Origin: Octopus vulgaris
Lineage: Eukaryota
NCBI GenBank assembly: GCA_951406725.2
Contig: OX597835.1
Span: 17,236,001 to 17,300,000, forward strand
Direction: 5' to 3'
Length of the DNA: 64,000 nt
Part shown: positions 13,328 through 26,244 of the stretch, piece by piece
Numbering within the stretch: the stretch's first letter is position 1
Layout of the letters: each line of letters begins with the position of its first letter
Notes under the pieces: generated by a model
The model's input: only the letters and a program-made list of their open reading frames with translations
What the model was told of the DNA's origin: nothing
Databases searched by the model: none
Made by a program: the position numbers and the translations under genes

Positions 13328-13650
13328 TTAGGAAAAAAATTTTGATGGACGCAGTCTGTAGATAGAGATTTGATGGACGTCTGCTGTAGGAAATACAGTA
13401 TGTATCAGTAGTTCTCAATCGGGATTGATATGGCACCTGGTGGCCCGTATAATACTTATACGGGTCAGCACAAGCAGAGTAGTAAATTAGGAAAAAAATT
13501 TTGATGGACGCAGTCTGTAGATAGAGATTTGATGGACGTCTGCTGTAGGAAATACAGTATGTATCAGCAGTTCTCAATCGGGATTGATATGACACCTGGG
13601 GGCCCGTATAATATTTTCAGGGGTCAGCACAAGCAGAGTTGTAAATTAGG
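13328..13650. repeat. 159-bp tandem duplication overlapping the hAT left end
   Basis: ttaggaaaaaaattttgatggacgcag...gggtcagcacaagcagagt is repeated; the TIR starts at 13406 and again at 13565. Confidence 0.9.
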
Positions 13651-14226
13651 GATCCACAGTAGTATTTTAAAGGTCCTTGAAGTAATTTTGTTTCCGATGC
13701 ATTAATTGGAACTCTAACATTATATATAGTTTAAACTACACAAGTGAATGAGTGAAAAAATACAAGATAAGAATTCTGAAAGAACAGTCTATAAAAGTCT
13801 TTAAACATCGAATGGGGTTGGGTTTACCAGAATAGAATAGCAATCAAAGAGAGCCCTAGGTAAAAGTAAAGGCACGTTCTTTAGTGGTTGGGTGCGTTTG
13901 GTTCCCGATCGCGAGGTCGTGAGTTCAATTCCCAGCGACACGTCGTGTCGATGACCAAGGTACTATATTTCACGTTGCTTCAATCCACCTCAATGGCAAC
14001 AATGAGTCGTACCCGTATTTCAAAAAGGCCGGTTTTGTTTCACTTTGTGTCACGCTGAATCTCTCTGAGAACTACGTTAACGGTACAGGTGTCTGTGGAG
14101 TGCTCAGCCACATGCACGTTAATTCCAGTAGCAAGCTCTTTCGTTGATCGGATCAACTGGAACCCCCGTCATTTCTAACCGACGAAGTGCCAGTTGTTAT
14201 AGGTAAGAAGTGGTTGGGAACCACTG
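13565..14226. mobile_element. Old hAT-type MITE interrupted by a SINE
   Basis: Left cagcagttctcaatc and right ggttgggaaccactg (reverse complement cagtggttcccaacc) are CAG-type hAT TIRs; no 8-bp TSD is recognisable. Confidence 0.55.
13864..14199 (+). mobile_element. SINE family D (head 1 + tail X)
   Basis: A/B-box head, cacgttgct, tail X ending ...aaccgacgaagtgcc; TAGGTAA duplication at 13857-13863 and 14200-14206. Confidence 0.85.
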
Positions 14227-14674
14227 CGGTAGGGGAAGTCTGGATGTACACAGTTTATAGATTAAAACTAGCTGAGCATATTTCTAGATATGAACTGAAT
14301 TATAAAAGTTAATATACCACAATCATTTCCCTTTCCGCTCAAACTTAATGCGCCTTAATATGTAAATGCAAGGCGACAGTGTGTCTACAATAATATATCG
14401 ATGCTTTATTTAGGAAATATCATTCTGATTTCTGAATTAACTGCTAATATTGGAGTGCGATAGGACACATTAATCGATAATTTGAATTTTGGTATTTCCG
14501 TCCGAAATTACTGTTTGTCATATTTCCTATAATCTACATTAATATCTTAACAGTTAATTAAGAAGTTATTTTATGGGGTTATTTCTGGTTGCAAGCATTG
14601 AAAGTGGAGGGGACGATTTTTTTTTAATTTAAAAATGAAGAAGCAAAAAAAAAAAAAAAATGGAATGAAATATA

Positions 14675-14815
14675 GGGCCCGGTGTTGCTGTGTGGTTAAG
14701 AAGCTCGTTTTGAAATCAAGTGGTTCCCGGTTGGTTTCCACTGCGCGGAACTTTGGGCAGCTTTCTTCCACCATATCCCCAGACCGATCAACGACTTTCG
14801 AGTGAATCGGATGTA
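14675..14815 (+). mobile_element. Family-B SINE 5' part
   Basis: gctgtgtggttaagaagctcg...ccactgcgcggaactttgggcag resembles 42912-43060. Confidence 0.7.
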
Positions 14816-14854
14816 TGTGTATATACGTACGTACATATATATGTATGTACATAT

Positions 14855-14909
<55 letters not shown>

Positions 14910-15021
14910 AGTGCAAACAAGGGAAACAGAGAAAGGCAGAATGCCACTTATATTTGAACACTATACAAATATTCCTTTAAAAAAAATTTTCTTTTAATTT
15001 TTCTAAATTTAATTATTTAAT

Positions 15022-15069
15022 CGTTACAGTTGAAAAGATCTCAAAATGACCGAAACCGGTACTGAAATG
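15022..15069 (+). ncRNA. Minimal type-I hammerhead ribozyme, U3-A8 core variant (copy 1)
   Basis: cgttacag-TTGAAAA-gatc(tcaaaat)gacc-GAAA-ccgg-TA/ctgaaatg. Stem I 7/8 pairs, stem II 3/4 pairs, palindromic stem III ACCGGT, GUA site. Confidence 0.6.
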
Positions 15070-15150
15070 TTCTTTATAAAATTATTTTAGCATTTTCTAT
15101 CTTGACTTGTTTTTTCATATATATCAACTCCTGTGTTCTTTTTGACCATT

Positions 15151-15195
<45 letters not shown>

Positions 15196-15367
15196 CATAT
15201 ATATGTTTCTATGCACGTACGTACGTATATATATGTGTATGTATGTACATGCGTGTATTTGTATATGTGTGTTCGTTTCTTTCATCGGCCCCTTGTATTT
15301 GAATACTATGCAAATATTCTTCTAAAAAACTTTTCTTTTAATATTTCCCAAATTTAATTGTTTTCCA

Positions 15368-15414
15368 TACTTACAGTTGAAAAAGTCTCAATGACTGAAA
15401 CCGGTACTGAAGTG
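15368..15414 (+). ncRNA. Minimal type-I hammerhead ribozyme, U3-A8 core variant (copy 2)
   Basis: tactt(a)cag-TTGAAAA-agtc(tcaat)gact-GAAA-ccgg-TA/ctgaagtg. Stem I 8 bp with one bulge, perfect 4-bp stem II, ACCGGT stem III. Confidence 0.65.
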
Positions 15415-15496
15415 TTTTTTATAAAATTATTCTAGCATTTACTACCTTGACTTTTTTCCATATATATATCAACTCGTGTCTTCCTTTTCAACCCTC

Positions 15497-15547
<51 letters not shown>

Positions 15548-16003
15548 GTAGATACATTGAAAAACTATATTCCTCTATATTCCTCCCTATGCCTGTCATC
15601 ATTTATGTCCCTGTCAAAAGGCTTCACTTCCACACACACGCCAGCTTAATTTGATTCGTCCTTAGTCGAAAGACACCTGTTGTTAATGTCCTTTATTTGC
15701 ATTTGTATTTGTATAACATTTCTCGGTTTTTTCCGTCCTTGTTTTCGTATATATTCGTTGCTTTCTTCCAAGGAATCAAATACTCTTAGCTTAGTTATTC
15801 CCTGGGGCTGGCCAGACTGTAGCAATCTCGAGTTTAATCAGCCGAAATTGCAAAGATAATCTGGAACTCGACTGAAGAAAGAACACTCCGAATGAATCAT
15901 CCCTGTCTTTTTTGTATCGTCAGAGTGGACGTTTTGTTGTCCCGTTTTTGTATCCTTTAATTGTCTGGATGTTTTGCGATCTTGTCCCATTTTTGGCATT
16001 CCT

Positions 16004-16069
<66 letters not shown>

Positions 16070-16081
16070 ACACATCATACA

Positions 16082-16343
16082 CACTCCCGTCGATAAAAGA
16101 TGTGTGAAAGTTCTACATTTTCTTGTTAACCAACCAAAGTCGAATGATTGTGTACCAGTGAACTCATAACCTTCATCAAATTGACATTGCCTGTTAAGGC
16201 GCACGACTTCAGGAAATGATCTCAGAGCAACGGAAAATGGAACACTTTGCGCAAGAACACAACGCAACGCCCGGCCTGGAAAGCGAACACACGATTTCTC
16301 AATCATGAGAGCATCTCTCAAATCACTAAGCCATGCGACTTCC
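16082..16343 (-). mobile_element. SINE family F (head 1 + tail Z)
   Basis: Minus-strand head tggcttagtga...gcgttgtgttcttgcgcaa...cgttgctctgagatcatt; ggcaatgtcaatttgatgaagg is shared with 49184-49485. Confidence 0.75.
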
Positions 16344-16547
16344 CACATACGTCTCCACCTCTCGCACACATAACTTTTACTGTTACGTTATTAGGACTAA
16401 CAGTAACAACCAGCCGCGTGTATTCGAGCGTAACGGATTGCTTGGATGCACATGGCTTGATATATAAACTTAGCGAAATTATCGTGTTTCCAGAGCTTGA
16501 AACCGTTAGTGGCTCATATTTAATTACTGTGTACATTAAATAGTATA

Positions 16548-16643
<96 letters not shown>

Positions 16644-16774
16644 ATATATATATTTACATATATACATATATATATATATATACATATTTACATATATATA
16701 TATATATATATATACATATTTACATATATATATATATACATATTTACATATATACATATATATATATATACATA

Positions 16775-16805
<31 letters not shown>

Positions 16806-17193
16806 ACACATAAACATGTGTTTGTGTGTGTGAGTGGTTATTCACGTGGTTACTTAAAATCCTCATCGTAGGCATATATTGAACACTTGAGAATACGTGT
16901 GAAAATCTAAACACATTTTTATATATGGATAATATTCGATCTAGATGTGCTTATTAAAATTGGATGACGCAGGCTTTTAAGAACAGCTTATCTATTTTAT
17001 ATTTTTGTATATGCCTCTATGTAAAAGTATCCGTATATATATATATATATATATATATATACGCAATTGTGTTTCATAGGTGTATATATGCTTGGATGCA
17101 TATATACCTATGAGTTTGTATGTGCTGATAAACTTGTATATAAGTATCTATATAAAAATCTTCGTCTGTAAATGTAGGTCTTCTATCTATCTG

Positions 17194-17251
<58 letters not shown>

Positions 17252-17721
17252 ATACAATCTATCTTTTCATCTGTCTATCCATCTGTATGTCTTTCTATGT
17301 ATGTGTGTGTGTATGTATGTATGTATGTATGTATGTATGTATGTATGTATGTATGTATGTATGTATGTATGTATGTATGTATGTATCTATCTATCTATCT
17401 ATCTATCTATCTCTCTATCTATACATATTTATTTCTGGTTTGATGTATGTGCCGAAAATGAAATATTTGTGTATATGTGTGTTTGTGCGTGTGTGTATAT
17501 ATATAGAGAGAGAGGCGTATGTGTATATGTGGAAGTTAAGAGGTATGTTTATCTGTGTGCATGTGCGGGCATGTTTATGTATTCGTGTTTGTATGTGTGT
17601 ATTTATGAGTGTGTATGTGAAAGAGAGATCGATAGAGGAGATGAACAGTGAGATGCAGGGGGAGGGTGTAGAATGAAGCTGAATTGATGTTTTCAAAATG
17701 TCATTTATTTGATGAAAAGAC

Positions 17722-18076
17722 AAAGACAAAAAGATGGCGGGTAGAGAGACAGAAAGAAAGAGAGAGAGACGAGCGAAAATATAGATAGGGAGGGAGAGGA
17801 AGGTGGAGAGAGAGAGAAATATATGCGGGGGCGAGGTGAGAGACGGAGAGAGTGGAATTACAGGTGTGGTGAGAATGTGATAGAGAGTAGGGTAGATGAA
17901 ATGACAAAGACACACGGATGGCGGGTAGAGAGACAGAAAGAAAAAGAGAGACGAGCGAAAAATATAGATAGGGAGAGGAATGTGGAGAGGGAGAGAAATA
18001 TATGCGGGGGCGAGGTGAGAGACGGAGAGAGTGGAATTACAGGTGTGGTGAGAAAGTGATAGAAAGTAGGGTAGAT
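17722..18076. repeat. ~180-bp purine-rich tandem duplication
   Basis: gatggcgggtagagagacag...gtggaattacaggtgtggtgaga occurs twice. Confidence 0.9.
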
Positions 18077-18131
18077 ATAGAGACCGATATAGAGAGCAAG
18101 AGACGTAGAAAACGAGGGAGAGAGAGAAATA

Positions 18132-18176
<45 letters not shown>

Positions 18177-18649
18177 CTTGTATCTGTGCAATATTAATAT
18201 CGATTAGTTTCTATAGGTGTGAGACAATAAATGGTGCGTATTTTAACTGAGATACTGATCTGGAAGCAGCAAAAGCGAAACATATTTTCAGCACGTTATT
18301 GAGTTTATCGTGTCGACGCGGCGGCAGCTAATACAATATTTGGTTTTAACAAGTATTAAATATTTATAGTAAATAGTGTAGTTAGAAACAAAAATGGTTA
18401 GTTTATTATAATTCCTGCTGCAGCCTAACCCATTTCCTCAGAACGGTTTATATTTCGCCCAAAACAATAATAAAAAAAGAAATAGAAAAGATAAAGAAAA
18501 GAGGATAAATTCTACTGATTCTGACGATACGTTTATATCTTCGGAAATCTGCAGAGAATCCTGTGTTATGTGACATTTTTGTTTCTGATCTAAACCAGTT
18601 TTGGGGAAAGTGAAATATACGAGACCCTTTGCAAAACCCATTTTTCCTC

Positions 18650-19035
18650 TTTTTGTTTTGGTCCTTTCGATTGCGGTTATGCTGAAGTATATTATTTTTC
18701 GTAAAGCTTGGTTCTTACGGCATCGGTCTGTTTTTGCCGAACTGCTAAGTTACTGCGACAGGAACATACCGACACCGGTTCTCAGGCGGTGGCTGGGGAC
18801 AAGCACACACACAAACACAGACACTCACGCTCACACAACCACACACACAAACGTGCATACATATATGCATATATTTACTGTTACTGGTGTTGCTCCAGCA
18901 TTGCCACAGCCTTACGGCCGGAATGTATAAAGCAAGGAAAGAAAAGATTGTACATATATATATATATATATATATATACAATCTTTTCTTTCTTTGCTTT
19001 ATACATTCCGGCCGTAAGGCTGTGGCAATGCTGGA

Positions 19036-19083
<48 letters not shown>

Positions 19084-19275
19084 GGTTCTGATCTCCCCTG
19101 TTCGAAAATATAAGGAGACAGAATTTTTTGCGTCGTATAGCCAGCTCGAAATGATGTTTTCTGAGGCTAAATATGAGTAACATTCCACCTATCCTGGTCG
19201 GCCACGCAATGGGACTGAACTCGGAACCATGTGGTTGAGAAGAATACTTCTTACCACGCAGCCACGCCTGCTCCT
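18650..19275 (-). mobile_element. Fragmented family-B SINE
   Basis: 3' part at 18650-18805 (gccgaactgctaagttac) and head at 19200-19275 (gggactgaactcggaaccatgtggttg...cttaccacgcagccacgcctg). Confidence 0.7.
18891..19038. repeat. 148-bp near-perfect palindrome centred on (TA)n
   Basis: Arms 18891-18952 and 18977-19038 match at 61 of 62 positions. Confidence 0.95.
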
Positions 19276-20668
19276 ATTCCCGATTAAGAGCAAGTTCACC
19301 CATCCGACGAAGCCATAGCATTACTTCGTTCTGATTGCCTCAGTGTTTTCTTGGTAAGAATATTTGCCAATGCCTTCCACAACTGGATGGCCACTGACCC
19401 ACAATGAGCTTATCTGTCCTTTGACAGGTTTTGTTTTTTGTCCAAATGGATGTCCAGCCACCTGCCTCACAAGAGTAGCAAGCTACATAAGATGTGTAGA
19501 GCTGGTTTAGTCGCAGGCCACTCGACCATAGAACAAGTAGTACTGGCTTATATGGCACCAGTAGTAGGTCTCATAAGGGTGGGAGGAGACCCTTATCTCT
19601 GACCTGAATATTTTTAATAACGCATTGAATTATACGAGACCCTTGCGAATATACGAGACCCTTGCAAAAACCATATGGTTATGAGTGATCTCCGTCGTTC
19701 GTGGATTAGGATACACTTGTTCAACCAACTGAATTATATGCTTCTGAATTAACGTATAAGTGGCTGAGTATTCCATAGACATGTGTTCGTTTCACATAGA
19801 ATCTCATGTAGAATCCCTGTCACACATTGTGTGACAAGGCTGTAAATTTATGCATCTGTCTGGTGGGCTTCTATACACTTTCCGAATACAGAGTTTCACT
19901 CACAATATAAGGGTTGATCTGACGTCACAAAAAATAGCTGTGTGTTCAAGATGCATCGTAGTGGAATCGATCGAACCCAAGACTACATAGTTAAAGAGTG
20001 AACTTCTTGTTCATTCGAGCATATTGTGTGATTCACCTTGCCTAAAAATCAAGGACTTGATAGTCATGGCTAAAATGAATTTAATTACAAGCCTGCTTGA
20101 TCAAAGCAAACTTGAGCCTTAAAAGAAACAAAAACAACAACACCATAACGGCAATAACAACAACAGCAAGTGATTGACAAATTGTCCGCGCTCTTCACAA
20201 ACCTCAGATCTCAAAAGCCCTTCCACCACATCAACTACACAAACCAATTCCTTAAATGTCAAGAACACCCTTGTCAGATGAAATTTTTTCAACAAAGTTA
20301 CAAATGCAATGATGTTATCCAAACAAGAATATTTCGAAAACAAAACAATAAAGAAAAAAAAGAAACAACAAAAAATGGAAAAATTTCTCAAGTAGTCAAG
20401 TTCTTCCTACTGTTGTTTTGTTGTTGCTGTGAAGTCCAACATCAACCCTAATGGATCAGACATTAGAACGAAAGATATTCCAGTTATGTACAGTCAATCG
20501 TGCTATGATGCATGGTGAATTAAAAAAGAAATTATCTAACGTACGTTTCTTCCTTTTTATGCCTTCTTAAGATTAACAAACTGATGGTTAAAACATGCGG
20601 ATGACCGGTTAGAATTTGCATTAAACTAAAAAGAGAAAGAGCACATCTATATGTCTATCTGTCTGTTG

Positions 20669-20756
<88 letters not shown>

Positions 20757-21008
20757 GCATGTTTGTCAGTCTGCCTATTTATCTATATACATATACATAA
20801 TACCTTATATATATATATATATATTGATAGAAATGTGAAAACAACACAAGAATGAAAGAGATCTCGATATTGTGTAAATAGAGGAATTTCTTTGTAAATA
20901 TAATATGTGACAATTATTCGGTAGCCATGATAGAACTCAGGGTTTCGGATGTCGGGGTGAAAACCCACGCCGGCATCTCTTCAGTTATCGTGCCATCGAC
21001 AAAAATGA

Positions 21009-21188
21009 TATGAAAATGACCGTTAAAACAAAGGGAAATTACTGTGTAATTGACCGTCATTAAGACAAAAGAGCTATTGGGATGACCGCTAAGTAAGTAT
21101 GTAAGGATATGAGCGCTTACGCGATTACTATGAACATTTTTACTCCCTTACATTTACTCCCTCCCCTTACTTAGCGGTCATTTATATA
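21009..21188. mobile_element. Small MITE-like foldback
   Basis: Perfect 16-bp IR atgaccgctaagtaag (21082-21097 / 21166-21181), inner 8-bp IR atgtaagg/ccttacat, outer aaatgaccg/cggtcattt. Confidence 0.45.
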
Positions 21189-21266
21189 TCTGTGGCTGTG
21201 TGGTAAGAAGCTTGTTCAGTCCCAATGTGTGGCACATTCGGCAAGTGTTTCCTACCATTTGCATAC

Positions 21267-21498
21267 CTATTTTTTACTATCCACAAGGGGTTAAACACAG
21301 AGGGGACAAACAAGGACAGACAAACGGATCAAGTCGATTACATCGGCCCCAGTGCGTAACTGGTGCTTAATTTATCGACCCCGAAAGGACGAAAGGCAAA
21401 GTCGCCCTCGGCAGAAATTGAACTCAGAACGTAACGGCAAAAGAATTACCACTCAGCATTTCGCCCGGCGTGCTAACGCTCCTGCACACTCGCCGCCA
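21267..21498 (-). mobile_element. SINE family A1, full length
   Basis: Reverse complement of 2523-2754; TGCATAC on both flanks (21260-21266, 21499-21505). Confidence 0.9.
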
Positions 21499-22045
21499 TG
21501 CATACATACAAATATTGCATCACAGAAAGTCTATTGTTCAAGAACATATGGGGGCCGCTCGTTCCGGGAATCGATTCAGTAGTCACGATATTGGGAACGT
21601 GAGTGCAACACACTTCCCACTGGTCCATGCAGCTTCGATTTCAAAGACGCCTCGAGTTAAAAAAAAAAGCACTAGAATTATAGAAACTACAGACGGGTAG
21701 GATTCTGTGTTGTCACGCTCCCATCAATTATCATAATAGTCGTTTACTCTCGCTATGTAAAGCATCTAAAGGCCACGTAGAATATAAATTGTATGCATGA
21801 CTAGTCAATGAAGATACTCTGTACTGCATTAGATTAAATACATTTAATGGCTTTGCATGGGGTATCGTGGAATAACATATAAATTTTCACACATTAAATA
21901 CTAATTAATTCTATTTAATTAAGCTTGCTTTTGAAATTAATATTCCAGTAACAAGCGATTCATAATCACTTTCATGGAAATGTCGTTACAAGATAAACTC
22001 CAGATAGCCAGACGTGGAGACATCGACTGGCTGAACGAACACACT

Positions 22046-22077
<32 letters not shown>

Positions 22078-22245
22078 GAGAAAGATACACACACACACAC
22101 ACACGCATGCACGTACGTAGGCACGTGCGCACGAAATCAAAAATACGCACATAAATCCACCGATATTCACACTCACAGTGGCATCGCGTGCATTCAAACA
22201 CGCATACAGACATTCACACGCACGCAATAGCAGATACACATGCGC

Positions 22246-22554
<309 letters not shown>

Positions 22555-22974
22555 GTATATATGTATGTACATACATACATATATAGTAAGAGAGAAAGAG
22601 AGAAACAGAAAGAGAGACGGTAAGACATCAAAGTTTTTGTGAGAAATGTACACAGTCACAGTGTTCAAAGAAATATTTCCTTAAAAGTTATAAACTATTA
22701 AAAAGAAAAAAAAATATTTTGAAAGATAGTACGTCACGAATCTTTTGGAGAGAATGTATTATATTTTGTATTTTGTATCATATTTTAAAGATTTTAAACG
22801 GAGTTTCTTTGCTAAAATGTTAAATCTGTAGCGAACTAGTTTCTCAACGAGCTAACATTAATTCGTTGAGAATCCAGTCCTCTTTGGATATCTAAGTCGT
22901 CTTGATCTGTATTTAAAACATGTCCATATTGATATAAGTTCATTTGTATATATAGATCGTTAGCCTCTACACAC

Positions 22975-23129
22975 ATTTTTTTATCTCCTTGTTTTTTTCC
23001 GTGTCCTTTTCTGTAGAAGAGCGTAGGCTCGAAACGCAAAAGACTTTTTCGATTCCTGAGCGTTATACTAATACATCTGTTTGTTTTGTACACCACCTGT
23101 CTTCGTCTTTTGTTTTTTTCGTAAACTCT

Positions 23130-23132
<3 letters not shown>
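22975..23132 (+). mobile_element. Penelope-like terminal fragment with degenerate hammerhead-like motif (family G)
   Basis: ctgtagaagagcgtaggctcgaaacgcaaaagac followed by (TA)n; homologous to 31660-31820 on the minus strand. Confidence 0.55.
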
Positions 23133-23183
<51 letters not shown>

Positions 23184-23989
23184 ACATACGTATACATATA
23201 CATGGTTCTTGAGGTTAATAACCCTACCAGAAACCTAGTGAGTCAATATTTTATTAGATTATTTCGACCATCTTTCCACATTATCTCTCTACATTATTCT
23301 CAGTTCCCGAAGATAACTCGAGAAATGAATGTAGCAGCTGTATATTTGTAAGGTCAATGATCTTCATGTATGAAACATATTCTACGTTCCAAAGGTGCAG
23401 GACTCTATATTGAAATACGATCCATTCGTTTGCCACTATCTATGAAACTCTATCTTTCTCTCTCTTTCTCTCCCCTCCTCCTCTCTCTCTGTTTCTATTT
23501 GCTATATCTTGCAGGTCAGGTGTCTATGGGGAGACCACCAGGATTTAGTTCCTCCTCCTCCAATAACAGGAAAAACGTGGAATAGAAGAAAGAAAATTTG
23601 GAGGATAATGATAAGGAGGAGAAGGTGGAGTAGGAGGCCGAGAAGAAGTGGAATGAGGAGGCAGAGAGGAGGTAGAAGGGTAGGAGGAGAATAAAAAGGA
23701 GGAGAGGAAGAAAAATGACCAAAAAAATAGCAAACAGGATCTCAAAGAAGAAAGAGAAAGAATTTGGAGGGGCAGAGACCGTTGTAGCAGTAATAGAAAT
23801 GAAAGACGAATTAGAAATGGAAGAAGAGAAAGGAGGAGGAGGAGGAGAAGAGACAAAAATGGAAGACGGAAGTAGTTGAAAACGAGTGACGGCCATTGCA
23901 AGTGAAAGCTACGAACGGTCTAAAACGATGATAAACCCATAAACATTGGGAAATTATTAATGTTAAAACAACAGCAAAGACAGCAGTAC

Positions 23990-24042
<53 letters not shown>

Positions 24043-25039
24043 GCAACATCAGCAGCAACAGCCACAGCAGCAGCAGCAAGAAGCCAACACTTAACTTGGC
24101 TGCTGGAAGCATGGAATAATTGCATTATAAAGAATTCCTCACATATGTTCGCTATATTCTGGTAGAATTGCTGTAAGATTCGAAAATGTAGTTAACGAGT
24201 TCTTGTAGAACAATTCCCCGATGATTTTTAGCGAAGTTCTTGCATGTTTTCGGTTCTAGTAACTCGTCTGTTTATACGAAACTTGATTTTCTGAACGAAA
24301 AACGAAAAACATTATTATCTTTTAGCGCTTTAACCTCGTTTAAATAATATCAAGTTGTTGTTGTTGTTGTTGTTCTTGTTCTTCTTGTTATTCTTGTTCT
24401 TGTTCTTGTTCTTGTTCTTCTTGTTCCTCTTCTTCTTGTTCCTCTTTTCTTCTTCTCCAATTCCTCCTCCTGTTTTCTTCACATATACACATACTTTGAA
24501 ACACATATATACATGTGTATGTAGAAACACATATATACATGTGTATGTAGAAACACACATATACACACAAACACACACAAACGCACGCATATATACATTA
24601 CACACACACACATACACACACATATATATATAAATAAATTCTCCAGCTTCTTACGTACGTACTCCAAATTCAACATACACATACATACATCTCACTCATG
24701 TACTCAGACACACCATAGCACACACACACACACACACACATACACACACGCTTATTCATGTCTCCTTATTTGTCCAGCAGCACTTTAAATGATGTGTGGG
24801 CCCCAAACATTAATTGCTACCATCGGTAAAATAAACATGGCCGTTGTTTAAGGCAAGAATGAGAAACATTGCATAAAATATAAAATGAAAATAAAAAAAA
24901 AAAACAGAATAAACCCTCAAACTCATGCATTCATAAACCCACCTCCAGATATGCACAAACGATGTATACATAAATAATAAAAATATTGATATGAAATTCA
25001 AAAATATTCAAATATCTACGCCGACTCAATGACCTGAAA

Positions 25040-25422
25040 TTTTGGTTGCAAATTTTGCTACAAGCTAGCAATTTCGAGGGTACGGTGTAGGACTTATGTT
25101 TAGCTGGTACTTATTTTATCGATCCCGAGAGGATGAAAGGCAAGCTGTCCTCAGGATGGACAAAATTCGCTAAGGGCTCTGCCAGTTCGTCACCCTATAT
25201 TAATAATAATTGTTTCAAATTTTAGCAGAATGTCTGTAATTTCGGGTGAGGTAGTAAGTCAATTCATACAGGCCCCAGCGTTCCACTGGTTATTATTTTA
25301 TCGACCCCGAAAAGATAAAAGGCAAAGTCGATCTCAGTTGAATTTGAACTCAGAACGTGCTGACGGATGAAATGCCAATAGGCATATGATCGGCTTGCTA
25401 ATCATTCTGCCAGCTCGCCTTA
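25040..25422 (-). mobile_element. Two degenerate family-A2 SINEs
   Basis: Two ctggt..ttattttatcga.cccga.agga blocks, each ending in a head remnant (ctgccag.tcg). Confidence 0.75.
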
Positions 25423-26244
25423 AGAGAGGAGAGAAAGCAATGTCCTTCACCTATTATAACGTTAACTACATAATTGAGTGGAGTAGGGTATGAAGATAGC
25501 CAAACACCAGAAGTGTGGCTCCGAATGCTTACAACAGAGTGGACTACCCAAACGACAACCGTGGCGTCAGGTGGTGGTGGTAGACAGGAGCATCGATTAA
25601 GTCTAGAAAGCAATTAAGTCATGGCAGAATTTGAACTGAAATGCAAAGAACCGTTTTAATTCAAATGCAATGAATAAGATCCGACGTTGTTTAAGTTCTT
25701 GTCGATCCACGGCCCTTGATTGATGCATTTTTATTGACCGAGAAAGGATGAAATAATTAGTTGATGTGGGAGGGATTTGAACTCAGAGCAGGTGAGGCTG
25801 GAATAAATACCGCGAAGCTATCTGTTTCATGTTTTAACAACTCTGCCGATTTTGCTATTTCGTCGCAATACTTCTGAGGATGAAAATAAATAATTAGCTT
25901 ATGATTAAATGGTCTGTTCTGATTTGACCTTAACCCAGGAACCCTGAAGAACCAAACTGATGTTAATGTGTGATTTCTTAGTTTTATAAATATGAAATAA
26001 CAACAAGAGATATCCTTAAGAATAAGTAGATTAGATTAAGGACTTGGGGTATAGTTTATTATTTGAAATATTCCTGATAATTGAATAAATTTTTGCATTT
26101 GCGAATATAATGAAAATAATTCGTGAAACAACAGCGGGCTTGGGTTTCTGTCGGTGAAGGTCGACCGCACAAACAAACGAGTGTGGGCGGACTAAATCTA
26201 AACAAAATTCGAACACTTGTCTCTTGTGTGTGTAAGAAATTATT

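Larger units (their letters stand above)
14952..15494 (+). mobile_element. Two diverged ~195-bp Penelope-like/retrozyme-like units, each followed by (TA)n
   Basis: 14952-15147 and 15298-15494 are colinear homologues, each carrying a hammerhead fold. Confidence 0.65.

Noticed and set aside
13432-13446. CTCF-like TGGCACCTGGTGG (also 9800-9813 and 48791-48803)
   Set aside because: Mismatches at core positions; the first two lie within transposon remnants.
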